Shown here piece by piece: positions 1 to 8,737 of a stretch of DNA of 58,558 nucleotides. The stretch spans positions 1-58,558 of the IMG/VR virus record IMGVR_UViG_3300037722_001048, one strand, 5' to 3'. Under the pieces are notes generated by a model. It worked only from the letters and a program-made list of their open reading frames with translations. It was not told the origin of the DNA and searched no databases. Made by a program: the position numbers and the translations under genes. Positions within the stretch are counted from its first letter, which is position 1. Each line of letters begins with the position of its first letter. Origin of the DNA: a virus (taxonomy: Duplodnaviria > Caudoviricetes).

Positions 1-6
1 GTAATC

Positions 7-354
7 ATGGGCGACAGAGCTTGCATTTGCGTAAAGCACGGACAGGACCCAGGTATCTATTTCTACTCGCATTGGGGCGGGTGCAATCTGCCTCGAGTCC
101 TTCAGGCTGCCATGAAACGTGGAGAGAGTCGTTGGGGTGACTCTTCCTACTTGGCTCGCATCATCTTTTGTGAGATGATCCAGGATGACGTCTTGGGAAC
201 GACCGGGTATGGGATCAGTTCTAACCTTTCGCATACCGAGCATCCCGGTATCTACGTGTACTGCCCGACCCTGGAAATAAGGATCAGGGCTAAGACCTGG
301 TCCTTCGAGGAGTACATTGCACTGGACATTTCCCAGGAACTAGGAGATTACTGA
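7..354 (+). CDS. hypothetical phage protein
   Basis: 115-aa ORF, first of a tightly packed + strand run. Confidence 0.7.
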   Translation: MGDRACICVKHGQDPGIYFYSHWGGCNLPRVLQAAMKRGESRWGDSSYLARIIFCEMIQDDVLGTTGYGISSNLSHTEHPGIYVYCPTLEIRIRAKTWSFEEYIALDISQELGDY

Positions 355-355
355 G

Positions 356-628
356 ATGAAACCACTATTCAACCCTGCCCAACGTATCGCCCTCGAGTCC
401 TACTGCGGTGGGGAATTCGATTACCTCCTGAGTATCACAAAGCAGGAAGTACTAGATCATACCTTGAGGGAGTGCGGGGATACTTTGTTGGCCTTCATCG
501 TTAAAGAACTGGCGGACTCAGAAGACTGCGAGAACACTAAGGATGCCATCCGTCGTTTGGATATCGCAGTTAGTGACATCAACGAAGTACTAAACGCTCT
601 GGAGCGGGTCGAAGAGGGGTGGGCCTGA
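356..628 (+). CDS. hypothetical protein
   Basis: 90-aa ORF, GGAG RBS, 1-nt gap to the previous gene. Confidence 0.7.
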   Translation: MKPLFNPAQRIALESYCGGEFDYLLSITKQEVLDHTLRECGDTLLAFIVKELADSEDCENTKDAIRRLDIAVSDINEVLNALERVEEGWA

Positions 629-629
629 T

Positions 630-1001
630 ATGAAAGACTTCAGCACGAAGGCAGACTTGTTGGTGAAGCTGCAGGACGAGCTTGATGATTACATCTGGGG
701 AATCTTCTACCGATGGGTGAAAGAGGCCGGGATTAATTTCAATAACCCAGACTGGTGGCAGATTAGTGATTTCTCAATTCACTTCCATGGATCTGACGGG
801 TGTATGGGATGTTATGACCCTATGACGCTGAATATTCCTATTGGTTTCTTTATCAATCCCGACATTGCATTTGCGGAGCTTAAGACTTTGAAGGCAAAGG
901 CCAAGCGGGACAAGGCGGATGCCACTGCTGCCGCAAAGAAAAAGGAAGAATTGGCTGAGTACCACAGGTTACAAAAGAAGTTTGGCTCGGGAGGAGAATA
1001 A
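630..1001 (+). CDS. hypothetical protein
   Basis: 123-aa ORF whose stop overlaps the next start (TAATG). Confidence 0.7.
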   Translation: MKDFSTKADLLVKLQDELDDYIWGIFYRWVKEAGINFNNPDWWQISDFSIHFHGSDGCMGCYDPMTLNIPIGFFINPDIAFAELKTLKAKAKRDKADATAAAKKKEELAEYHRLQKKFGSGGE

Positions 1002-2116
1002 TGAAACCACATAAAATCTACGCCGACCCGGCTACTCTGGATGGCAAAGCTCTATCACAATTTTACGATGCACTGAAGCAGCCTTGGGCTGTCAGTGGTG
1101 CCCTTATGCCAGATGCCCATGTAGGGTACACTCTCCCTATTGGAGGTGTCATAGCCACGGACGGTGTGATCGTGCCGGCTTTTGTGGGGTACGACATAGG
1201 CTGCGGGGTCTGCGCTATCCGTACTGAGGCTAGCGTGGACGACGTCAAAGGCAAAGCTCAAGCTCTGTTCGACGGAATCTACGACCGAGTGCCTTGCGGT
1301 GTTGGACAGGGGCATACCAGCCGTTCCCTCCTTAATTTGGTGGGTATGGCTGATTTGCCCCGCACGGAGCTGGCTGATGAAGTCTGGGTAAGACGCAAGG
1401 CTGAGGCCCAGATGGGAACGCTTGGTTCTGGCAACCATTTTCTGGAAGTAGGTTATGATGAGGAGTCACGAGTGTGGGTTATTATTCACTCTGGCTCCAG
1501 AGGGTTTGGGCATGGCCTGGCTGAAGCCTACATGAAGATAGCTTCCGGTTCAAGCAAAGCCAAGGAGGGATTCTATGCCCTGGAGACCTCTTCCCAACTT
1601 GGACGAGATTATATTCAGGACATGAATTTTGCCTTAGAATATGCTCTCTCAAATCGATTCCTCATGCTTGACCTAGTCGAAAACATCTTCCAATCAACCA
1701 TCGGAGCTGGCTTTATCTGGGACTCCGTTATTAATCGTAACCATAACCACGCGGTCTTTGAACACGGCTTATGGATTCACCGCAAAGGGGCCACCCATGC
1801 AGAGCACGGCATGTTGGGTGTTATCCCGGGGAACATGAGGGATGGGTCATTTATCGTATGTGGGACAGGGGAGCCGGAAGCTCTGTGGTCCTCGTCGCAC
1901 GGGGCCGGTCGGGTCATGGGCCGCGCCCAGGCAAACCGGGAATTAAACCTCGAAGACTTTGCTATGACTATGTCGGGGGTTGTCGCAAAGGTGGATGAGA
2001 GTACCCTAGATGAGGCCCCCATGGCGTATAAGAATATCTTCGACGTTATGGAGATGCAAAAGGACCTGGTCAAGGTGGTGCACCATATACGCCCGTTAAT
2101 CAATGTGAAAGGATGA
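1001..2116 (+). CDS. rtcB: RtcB family RNA ligase (3'-phosphate/5'-OH)
   Basis: Motifs MPDAHVG, VGYDIGCG, GTLGSGNHFLE, HSGSRG, NHNH, HRKGAT, PGNM, SSSHGAGR, DEAPMAYK. Confidence 0.95.
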   Translation: MKPHKIYADPATLDGKALSQFYDALKQPWAVSGALMPDAHVGYTLPIGGVIATDGVIVPAFVGYDIGCGVCAIRTEASVDDVKGKAQALFDGIYDRVPCGVGQGHTSRSLLNLVGMADLPRTELADEVWVRRKAEAQMGTLGSGNHFLEVGYDEESRVWVIIHSGSRGFGHGLAEAYMKIASGSSKAKEGFYALETSSQLGRDYIQDMNFALEYALSNRFLMLDLVENIFQSTIGAGFIWDSVINRNHNHAVFEHGLWIHRKGATHAEHGMLGVIPGNMRDGSFIVCGTGEPEALWSSSHGAGRVMGRAQANRELNLEDFAMTMSGVVAKVDESTLDEAPMAYKNIFDVMEMQKDLVKVVHHIRPLINVKG

Positions 2117-2562
2117 CCATGACAGCCTTAAAACAGCGCTTAGCAGAGCTAGACGAAGAACGGGCTAAGTGCCAGGCGTTAATCCGTAAAGACATGGCTA
2201 AGAAAACAATCAAATGCGAAGCCTGCGGTAAGATGCATAAAATAAAAGACCTGGTCGGAGTTCAGACCTACTGGTACACCAGCCCTCATGGGTGCACGGG
2301 TGGAGACTACTGGAACACGGGAGAGTTCCGTTTTGTCTGCCCGGAAACCAACATCCTCAACAGGCTTCTTTTTGGTAGTTCGAGCCGGCTGGACTGGAGA
2401 GAGCGCGGGGGGTTTAAAGACCCGGCAGTTATTTTCCGTAACAAGTATAAAGACCTGTTTAAGGAGATCGTGGAAGACCACGGTGAGGATGAGAGACCGT
2501 GGGTGAATAATTACTATGTGGACAAACACCTGGAAAAATTTGACATCGAGGAGCCTAAGTAA
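2113..2562 (+). CDS. hypothetical Zn-ribbon protein
   Basis: CEAC and FVCP motifs; ATGA overlap with rtcB. Confidence 0.7.
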   Translation: MTMTALKQRLAELDEERAKCQALIRKDMAKKTIKCEACGKMHKIKDLVGVQTYWYTSPHGCTGGDYWNTGEFRFVCPETNILNRLLFGSSSRLDWRERGGFKDPAVIFRNKYKDLFKEIVEDHGEDERPWVNNYYVDKHLEKFDIEEPK

Positions 2563-3098
2563 TGAACCATATTATGATCGATCTGGAAACCATGGGTAAC
2601 GGACCCCGTGCGGCCATCATAGCTATCGGTGCCGTGGAGATGGACCTAAGTGCGGGTTTGCTCGGACAGACCTTTTACCGGGTTGTAGACCTGGAGAGCA
2701 GTGTCACGGCGGGCCTGGAGGTGGACTCCAGCACTATAATCTGGTGGCTAAAGCAGGGCGACGAAGCACGGGCTGCGATCTCTAAAAATGGTGGCCCATT
2801 AATCGATGCCCTGATAGACTTCACCGCCTGGTTACAACAGTGTGGGGACAGGAAAGACCTCTGCATCTGGGGCAACGGAGCCACGTTCGATAACGTCGTA
2901 CTGGCCTCAGCGTACAAAGCTGTAGGTTTGTTGTTACCATGGACGTACAAAGGCGACCGCTGTTACCGCACAGTTAGGGCAATGTATCCTGACATTGTTG
3001 CGGATCATTCTGAGGCTGGGGTCGCACACCATGCACTAGCTGATGCAGTTTACCAGGCCAATCATCTGATTAAAATACTAGGACCTAGAGGAGCCTAA
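2562..3098 (+). CDS. DEDDh 3'-5' exonuclease (Rv2179c-like exoribonuclease family)
   Basis: MIDLETMG, WGNGATFDN, HHALADA motifs. Confidence 0.85.
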   Translation: MNHIMIDLETMGNGPRAAIIAIGAVEMDLSAGLLGQTFYRVVDLESSVTAGLEVDSSTIIWWLKQGDEARAAISKNGGPLIDALIDFTAWLQQCGDRKDLCIWGNGATFDNVVLASAYKAVGLLLPWTYKGDRCYRTVRAMYPDIVADHSEAGVAHHALADAVYQANHLIKILGPRGA

Positions 3099-3100
3099 TC

Positions 3101-3271
3101 ATGGATAACTCTGTTACATATGAAGAAGCTATTAAGCGCTGCAATGATTACCGGGATGGCCTCGGTCGGTCAATGAGTGTTTGGGACCTATCTACCGCCC
3201 TGGCTGTTATCTTCGAAAAGACCAAGGAAGATACATTGCGGGATCTGTCCACGGCATGGAGTAAAACATGA
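3101..3271 (+). CDS. small hypothetical protein (56 aa, absent from ORF track)
   Basis: GAGGAG RBS; MDNSVTYEEAIKRCND...AWSKT; fills the gap and overlaps the next gene by ATGA. Confidence 0.7.
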   Translation: MDNSVTYEEAIKRCNDYRDGLGRSMSVWDLSTALAVIFEKTKEDTLRDLSTAWSKT

Positions 3272-3717
3272 TAATCAGAATAGGTATGGTCGGTTCACGC
3301 CGTCGCAACTCGCCGGCCGACAAAGAGGCCACCCGGGAAGTCCTCCTGGCCCTACTGGCAGAGCTCCCTGAGGGTGTTGACATCTGCATGGTTTCCGGAG
3401 GATGCGTAGCCCGTGGCCCCCAAACGGGTAAATATGAACCCTGTGGTGGGGATCGATTCGCCGAGGAGTTCGCCAAGGAGTACGGTTTCGGTAAGGAAAT
3501 CTTTCAACCTAATTGGGACGACATCGATCCGGCTAAGCCCCGCAAATGGGAGGCCGCTCGAGTGTTACTGGCCCGGAACACCCCTATTGCCGACACATCG
3601 GATTACCTAATTGCCTGCGTAGCCGAGGACCGTAAAGGTGGGACCGAGGATACGATTAGAAAGTTTAAGAAGAGGGAACCAGGGGAGGATAGGATGAGGT
3701 TAGTGCCGCAGTGTTAA
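3268..3717 (+). CDS. SLOG superfamily (YspA/DprA-like) nucleotide-binding protein
   Basis: IGMVGSR, VSGG, GGDRFAEEFA, ARNTPIA, KGGTEDTI pattern typical of SLOG. Confidence 0.7.
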   Translation: MIIRIGMVGSRRRNSPADKEATREVLLALLAELPEGVDICMVSGGCVARGPQTGKYEPCGGDRFAEEFAKEYGFGKEIFQPNWDDIDPAKPRKWEAARVLLARNTPIADTSDYLIACVAEDRKGGTEDTIRKFKKREPGEDRMRLVPQC

Positions 3718-3965
3718 GGATAGAAGAGGTACTGGAAGAGTTTAGATGTTGCTCGATAACTCCGCGTACTTGGTTAGCCCTAATAGCTAAAGTGTCCTCA
3801 TGGCTTGTTACTTTGCAATTGGAAGGTCTTATATTGGAGTTTAGTATTAGGGGTGTCGCTAAGTACGAGGCAGTCTGTACTATCCAGGAAATGAGTTACA
3901 AAGAAGTTGAAGTCTTAGTACACTTAGATATATATATATACTGGGGTACTAACTATAACTTATGA
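3711..3965 (+). CDS. hypothetical protein
   Basis: 84-aa ORF filling the operon gap; GAGG upstream of a GTG start. Confidence 0.5.
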   Translation: MLRIEEVLEEFRCCSITPRTWLALIAKVSSWLVTLQLEGLILEFSIRGVAKYEAVCTIQEMSYKEVEVLVHLDIYIYWGTNYNL

Positions 3966-3974
3966 GGACTCTTT

Positions 3975-4865
3975 ATGCTATTCGACAAACTAGCCGGTTT
4001 CGCCGAGCGCCACCGACCGGATCTAATTCCCCTCCTGGAATCGGCCAAGATCTTTGACTTCCCAGGAAGGGCCCACGAAGTTCTGACTAAAACCCATACC
4101 CGGGAGGAGATGGAGGAATTCTTCCTGCCGTTTAGCTGCATCGTGATCGAAGATTCAGCCAGTGCAGTGCTCCTCATGGATACTGAAAAAGATCAATTAG
4201 GTATGAGTGGGCATAGGAAATTCATTGAAATACTGGACACCTCTGCAGACGCCGAAGAGTTCAATGATCCTGTCGAGTACCGGCCTCTCCGGGCCAGACT
4301 CAGGGAGAGCGGTATAACAGCACAACACTACGTAGTTTCCTTCGGGGAAGTACTTAGAATAGAACCCGCAGAACAATCCTATAAGATTGAGGGTTTTATT
4401 GACGAGATCTATTATTTTGGGGAAGATGGGATCAGCTTCCATGCAGAAAAAGACCAACTGTACTCGCAACCTTTATCCCAAAGGATCGTAGAGGCAGGGT
4501 TAAAAAACTCCATAACTGCCTTGGAAGAAGTCCTGTTCTTTAACCAACCCCACTCTTTTGTCGTTGAAGCCTCCCCGATAAAACCGCGCCAGACCAAGAC
4601 TGGCCGGGTGACCCGCAGCCATGATAGACCCCACTTTACTATCCTGCCTGCCGGCGAAGTCAGGCAAAAATTGGGTCTGCCCCAGGCTACGCCAGGCACT
4701 CGCGGAACCCCTACTCCGCACGAGCGCCGTAGGCACTGGCGTACCCTGAAGTCAGAGAAGTACACACGCAAGAAGGGCCAGCGAATTCTTATACCGGCAT
4801 CCTGGGTGGGGCCGTCAGAAGCCAAAGTCGGGAATAAATACTACAAAGTGAGATTTGACTTATGA
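3975..4865 (+). CDS. hypothetical phage protein with C-terminal PHxRRxHWR motif
   Basis: 296-aa ORF, GAGG RBS, PTPHERRRHWR...WVG basic motif. Confidence 0.75.
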   Translation: MLFDKLAGFAERHRPDLIPLLESAKIFDFPGRAHEVLTKTHTREEMEEFFLPFSCIVIEDSASAVLLMDTEKDQLGMSGHRKFIEILDTSADAEEFNDPVEYRPLRARLRESGITAQHYVVSFGEVLRIEPAEQSYKIEGFIDEIYYFGEDGISFHAEKDQLYSQPLSQRIVEAGLKNSITALEEVLFFNQPHSFVVEASPIKPRQTKTGRVTRSHDRPHFTILPAGEVRQKLGLPQATPGTRGTPTPHERRRHWRTLKSEKYTRKKGQRILIPASWVGPSEAKVGNKYYKVRFDL

Positions 4866-5173
4866 ATTATTTCAACTACCCCACGGTACCCATAGGAGGA
4901 CGCAATCCGTATAACTGCTGTGCTTCCTGTGGCCGGTCAGTCCCTGAAATTAACGGGGAGTTGACGAGACACCTGTCTGATTGTACCTGGAGAATGGAAC
5001 AAGAGCTGAACCTATCCTCGCTTCGTGTTGACCGGGAGGTCTTAACAGAGCTCGTCATCTGGGCTTATGACCACGAGGAAATAACTCAGAGCCGAGCCGC
5101 TGAAATTCTCGGTATACCTCTCGTTGAATTCCGCAGCTGCTACTTCGAGTGGCTAAAGCCAAAGGACCTATAA
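4862..5173 (+). CDS. hypothetical protein, CxxC plus C-terminal HTH (UPF0175-like)
   Basis: CASC; ITQSRAAEILGIPLVEF. Confidence 0.6.
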   Translation: MNYFNYPTVPIGGRNPYNCCASCGRSVPEINGELTRHLSDCTWRMEQELNLSSLRVDREVLTELVIWAYDHEEITQSRAAEILGIPLVEFRSCYFEWLKPKDL

Positions 5174-5192
5174 ATGACACACATTATAGAGG

Positions 5193-5546
5193 ATGATCAT
5201 GGAAACTGACCGAGACCGAGACAAAGAATTAGCCCTCCGTATCCTGCTCAAAACCAAGCCCTGTGATGCCAAGACTATGGAAGAGGCCGGCATGGTCCCG
5301 AAGAGTGCATTGGTGGACGGGGCCACCTACCTGGGTTTCTGCAGAAATGCCAGCGAAGCCGTATGGCACGCGGATAAACGGCGCAAGAAATATCTGGTTG
5401 ACAAAGGGCTAGCACATGAAGAATACTGGGTCGGTGCCTTTACCTACCGGCGTACCAAGTTTAACGACACCTTCCTGGAGGACATAAACCACCCGGAAGA
5501 TGACGACGGGTATGACCTGTTTGTGCCGATGCAGCGGAAGGATTAG
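5193..5546 (+). CDS. hypothetical protein
   Basis: 117-aa ORF in the operon. Confidence 0.7.
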   Translation: MIMETDRDRDKELALRILLKTKPCDAKTMEEAGMVPKSALVDGATYLGFCRNASEAVWHADKRRKKYLVDKGLAHEEYWVGAFTYRRTKFNDTFLEDINHPEDDDGYDLFVPMQRKD

Positions 5547-5565
5547 GGTTTCTAAAAATAAACAC

Positions 5566-5580
5566 TTTTTTGTTAAAAGA
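5566..5580 (+). promoter_or_regulatory. putative early promoter (extended -10-like TTTTTTG(T/G)TANAAGA)
   Basis: TTTTTTGTTAAAAGA; the same motif at 10539 and 38307 precedes the other + strand units. Confidence 0.55.
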
Positions 5581-5611
5581 TTATGCAATGTCGGGTCTAG
5601 GTAACACATCC

Positions 5612-5851
5612 ATGAGCGAACCTGCTCAGGAGTCTGGTGACAAAAGCAGCCCTGCTAAGACTTTCGATCCTATGGGGTATGACTTGGCTGAGGAATTTCT
5701 TAACCGGAATGTTCGCGTATACATGAGTTCAGGCTCCGTTCTTTCAGGTAACCTGACAATGCTTCGCGGAAAGTATATTCTGGTGAGAAACACTTACTCC
5801 AAGGAAGCGCTGATCAATCTTGATCATGTTGCCAGTATGACCCACATGTAG
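5612..5851 (+). CDS. Sm/LSm/Hfq-like RNA-binding protein (start could be 5588)
   Basis: FLNRNVRVYMSSGSVLSGNLTMLRGKYILVRN...ALINLDHVASM follows the Sm1/Sm2 pattern of Hfq (FLN..V.IYL.NG..L.G.I...D...ILL). Confidence 0.65.
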   Translation: MSEPAQESGDKSSPAKTFDPMGYDLAEEFLNRNVRVYMSSGSVLSGNLTMLRGKYILVRNTYSKEALINLDHVASMTHM

Positions 5852-6880
5852 CCACCTCTTAGTTGGAGTGGTTCTACTCCAAGGGGAGCGAAGCTCCCTA
5901 TTCTATTGTGGACGGGCGACCCTTGCCGGGGCTCAGTTTTCCAGAAAAAACTGAGTCCCCGAGCAAGGTAGCCCTCCGGCAGCACGCCTGGTGAGTCCAG
6001 AGTAAGAGGTAGTATTGGTTAGATCAGTTCCCTGTCACAAGAATCTCTGTTTGTATCACCGTAAGACCCAGGTGGCGTGGTGAAGCCGCGCACATTAACT
6101 CCTATTCCCAGGGGAATAGAACGAGACAGAAACGGAGAAGCGTAACCCAGTTTCACAGCATAGAAGGGGTGTAGTTTAATACAGGGATAATCTACTCGAG
6201 GAGACCCTGAGAACACTTAGTCGCAAACGAGTAATGCGGCTCGGTAATACGGGCTAGTTCGATTGGTGATGTGCCGGGCCACTGGCCAGGTGCGGACATC
6301 ATCAGGAGGCTGGAACGTCCCGTCGCCCCTTCTATGCTGTGAAGCACGAAAAGCACTTTGTATCGACCAACCAGTTGATAGCCAGGTGAAGCCTGGCAAG
6401 TATTATCGGCACGGGATAAAGCCCCGTGCCGTCGGCGCCGCCGGCAGCTCGCTAACCGCCTGGCGGGCCCGTGTCCAGTGACTCAGAAAGTGCTATGTAG
6501 GACCAGGTAAGTATTAAAATCTGCTTTGTTCTTGACTAAGGAACAAGAAGCCCGGTGAAGCCAGGCATTTGATCTTGAGTTCCTCTGGCAGCCCTCGTGG
6601 CTCTTCCGGGCTGTGCCCGGACCGCCCACGAGTGGCTGCCCTAGAACTCAGAGATGTCCCCCTATTCAGAAAGCAGAAGCAGTAGAAAGTACAGAACTTC
6701 GTTGCTGATTAGCTACAGCAAGCCCCGTGAAGCGGGGTACACTTGTGCTGACACCGTCCCAGGCATCCGCTTTCCAGCTTCGCTGGACGCTCCTGCCCGG
6801 ACTATGTCCCAGATGAGACACTCAGGAAGTTCTACAGAATTTGCAGGACCCGGTAACCTCCTACGGGCCCTGCTTTTTTT
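5852..6880 (+). ncRNA. ~1-kb structured non-coding RNA: array of five retron msr-msd-like units plus one 18-bp-closed domain
   Basis: No credible ORF; dense helices; units 5854-6010, 6044-6138, 6352-6494, 6520-6677, 6693-6833, each with a YGAAG-capped hairpin; ends in an intrinsic terminator. Confidence 0.75.
6843..6880 (+). terminator. Rho-independent terminator of the Sm-like/ncRNA unit
   Basis: GCAGGACCCG...CGGGCCCTGC followed by T7. Confidence 0.75.
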
Positions 6881-6903
6881 AGCCCTCCAGAGGTATCTAG
6901 CCG

Positions 6904-8481
6904 CTAGAAATTCAGCTGGGAGCACATGATCCTACACGCGAACCAACCAAAAACCATGCTATGCAGTATGTCATCAGGTTTGGTTGGATAACGTCGCCAG
7001 ACACGGCGGGGCTTACCGGCCTCTTCGCCTATGGTCTCTTCCTTAACCGCTAGAATATCAGGAGCAAATTGAGCAAACTCCTCCCACCGGAATGTTTTGA
7101 CCTCGCCGTTCTGCACGGCAAGAAAGAACGCATCGATCATTGTAGTACGGTTTACTGTGTAGCGGCCGGCCCGTTCGTCCCACTTAAAGGGGGCTGACTG
7201 ATCCGAGTACATGACTGGGACTATTCGGGTCGAATGCACTCTACTTGCCAGGTGGCTCATGGCAAAGTTACCTCCACCGTGGTCGCCGAAACACATATGT
7301 ACACCGAAAGTGTTTAGCTTGATGCCTATGTCTTCCACATGTTGGGTGGGGTCGCCGGCCCCATAGATCTTTCCATAAATTTTTATGTACTGATTTCTTT
7401 CCGGGTAAACTGCATAGATACTGAGGGTGGTGCGACTGGTACCCTCGATACCGTTCCCGCCCCAGTCGATGCCGGCAGTAAGGTAGGTAGCCCCAGTCGA
7501 GTTAGCTGCAGTCTTACGATCTTCCATTTTAAGCTCAGGGATACACGCCCTCTGCAGTACCTCTTCTGTGATGGGATTGTCACCCTCTCCGTGAGGCAGG
7601 CCCATAACCTCGTTACGGAATTTATACATGGGGTAGTTTTCAAACTTATTAAGAACTGTCTTCCACTTGGCCATATCGCAGCAATGCAGTGGAAGAATAA
7701 TCTGGGGGACATGGTACCCGTCGTATTGGGCGGGTTTTTCCTTAGGGTCCCGGAATGAATGCCATTTGCCGGCATAAGTATTCAGCAGAGTCCCACACTT
7801 TTTACAGGCCAGGCCCTGCAGGTGGATGTTCTCTTCGGACGGACGATTCCATTTTCCGCACCCACGGCATTTAATGATCCACTCCTTCTGGGTGGAGAGA
7901 GACCAGTAGAATGCCAGAGTCGAAGTCATGCTCTTAGATGTACCGGCATATGTGAAGCGAGGGGTCTTGGCTGCAGATAAGCATTCTTCTGCGTCGATAA
8001 CGGCGTCATACAGGATGTCCTGGACTTCATCCAGGTAGAAGCGGAACCCGGTGTTACCACGGATTCGGTCAGCAGACTCACTGAAATAGCTCAGTCGTAT
8101 CTCGGACCAGTTATCGAATCGCTTATGAAAGACGTTGTTTATAACATGCTTCTTTCGGAGCATGTTATGGTACACAGCGGGGCTGTGAATTAAAAAGGGA
8201 TCCAGTTTGGACGTAGAGAAGGAGGAGGTCTGGGTGCCGGAAGCATTGGCATAGATTATAGGGAGGTGAGGGGTAGTTACCGCCTCAGCGACCATCTTAG
8301 CCGCCATGGTGACGGTCTTGGAAACCTGCCGGCCGGACATCATCAAAATACGGTCATACGGGGAGTTAAAGACGTCCACAAACATAGGGTAATCCCGCAA
8401 GGAATAACCCTCTCCCTGCAGGCATAAAATAGCCTGGGCTACATCAGATAATGTCTTGCCTGGTAGTTCTAGGATGTCCAA
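6904..8481 (-). CDS. terL: terminase large subunit (GpA-like, Zn-ribbon insert)
   Basis: Walker A MSGRQVSKT, Walker B FYLDEVQD, CxxC pairs, nuclease GIDWG and DDILHS. Confidence 0.85.
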   Translation of the reverse strand: MDILELPGKTLSDVAQAILCLQGEGYSLRDYPMFVDVFNSPYDRILMMSGRQVSKTVTMAAKMVAEAVTTPHLPIIYANASGTQTSSFSTSKLDPFLIHSPAVYHNMLRKKHVINNVFHKRFDNWSEIRLSYFSESADRIRGNTGFRFYLDEVQDILYDAVIDAEECLSAAKTPRFTYAGTSKSMTSTLAFYWSLSTQKEWIIKCRGCGKWNRPSEENIHLQGLACKKCGTLLNTYAGKWHSFRDPKEKPAQYDGYHVPQIILPLHCCDMAKWKTVLNKFENYPMYKFRNEVMGLPHGEGDNPITEEVLQRACIPELKMEDRKTAANSTGATYLTAGIDWGGNGIEGTSRTTLSIYAVYPERNQYIKIYGKIYGAGDPTQHVEDIGIKLNTFGVHMCFGDHGGGNFAMSHLASRVHSTRIVPVMYSDQSAPFKWDERAGRYTVNRTTMIDAFFLAVQNGEVKTFRWEEFAQFAPDILAVKEETIGEEAGKPRRVWRRYPTKPDDILHSMVFGWFACRIMCSQLNF

Positions 8482-8496
8482 GAGGGGGTACCTGAC

Positions 8497-8736
8497 TTAT
8501 TCAAAAGTTACTTTTAACCCGACCATGTACCAAGAAACCAGCTCATCGGGGTGGGTTATCCCGTGTGTTGTACCACCCGGGAAGGAGCTAGAAGAGTACC
8601 TCATCAGGTAAGGATCCAACCCGACGGGTACACATGCCGATAAAATAAACAGTAAGGTCAGAGCAGGGATTACTTTAAAGAAAAAGGGGTTGGCCGTAGT
8701 GGCGACAACCCCCGAACCGTGTCTGACATTGCTCAT
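8497..8736 (-). CDS. hypothetical protein
   Basis: 79-aa ORF packed between neighbours in the - strand operon. Confidence 0.5.
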   Translation of the reverse strand: MSNVRHGSGVVATTANPFFFKVIPALTLLFILSACVPVGLDPYLMRYSSSSFPGGTTHGITHPDELVSWYMVGLKVTFE

Positions 8737-8737
8737 G

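Noticed and set aside
3928-3946. (TA)n tract with a CCCAGTATAT late-promoter-like match on the - strand
   Set aside because: Lies inside a plausible + strand ORF, lacks the ACTT(A/C)A element at 18 nt, and has no - strand gene downstream.
6352-6833. Tandem glycine riboswitch (GAAG and CUCAGG resemblance) or hammerhead ribozymes
   Set aside because: The GGAGAG 5' element and a downstream regulated gene are missing, and no CUGANGA/GAAA core was seen on either strand. An Rfam scan would settle it.
5852-6880. Group I/II intron, tRNA cluster, tmRNA, RNase P or CRISPR array
   Set aside because: No interrupted gene, no domain V or GUGYG start, no TTCRA T-loops with cloverleaf sizes, no tmRNA/RNase P signatures, and no identical direct repeats.
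6019-6929. Short ORFs (60-91 aa) across the structured region
   Set aside because: No RBS, mutually overlapping on both strands, atypical composition. Better explained as chance ORFs in an ncRNA.
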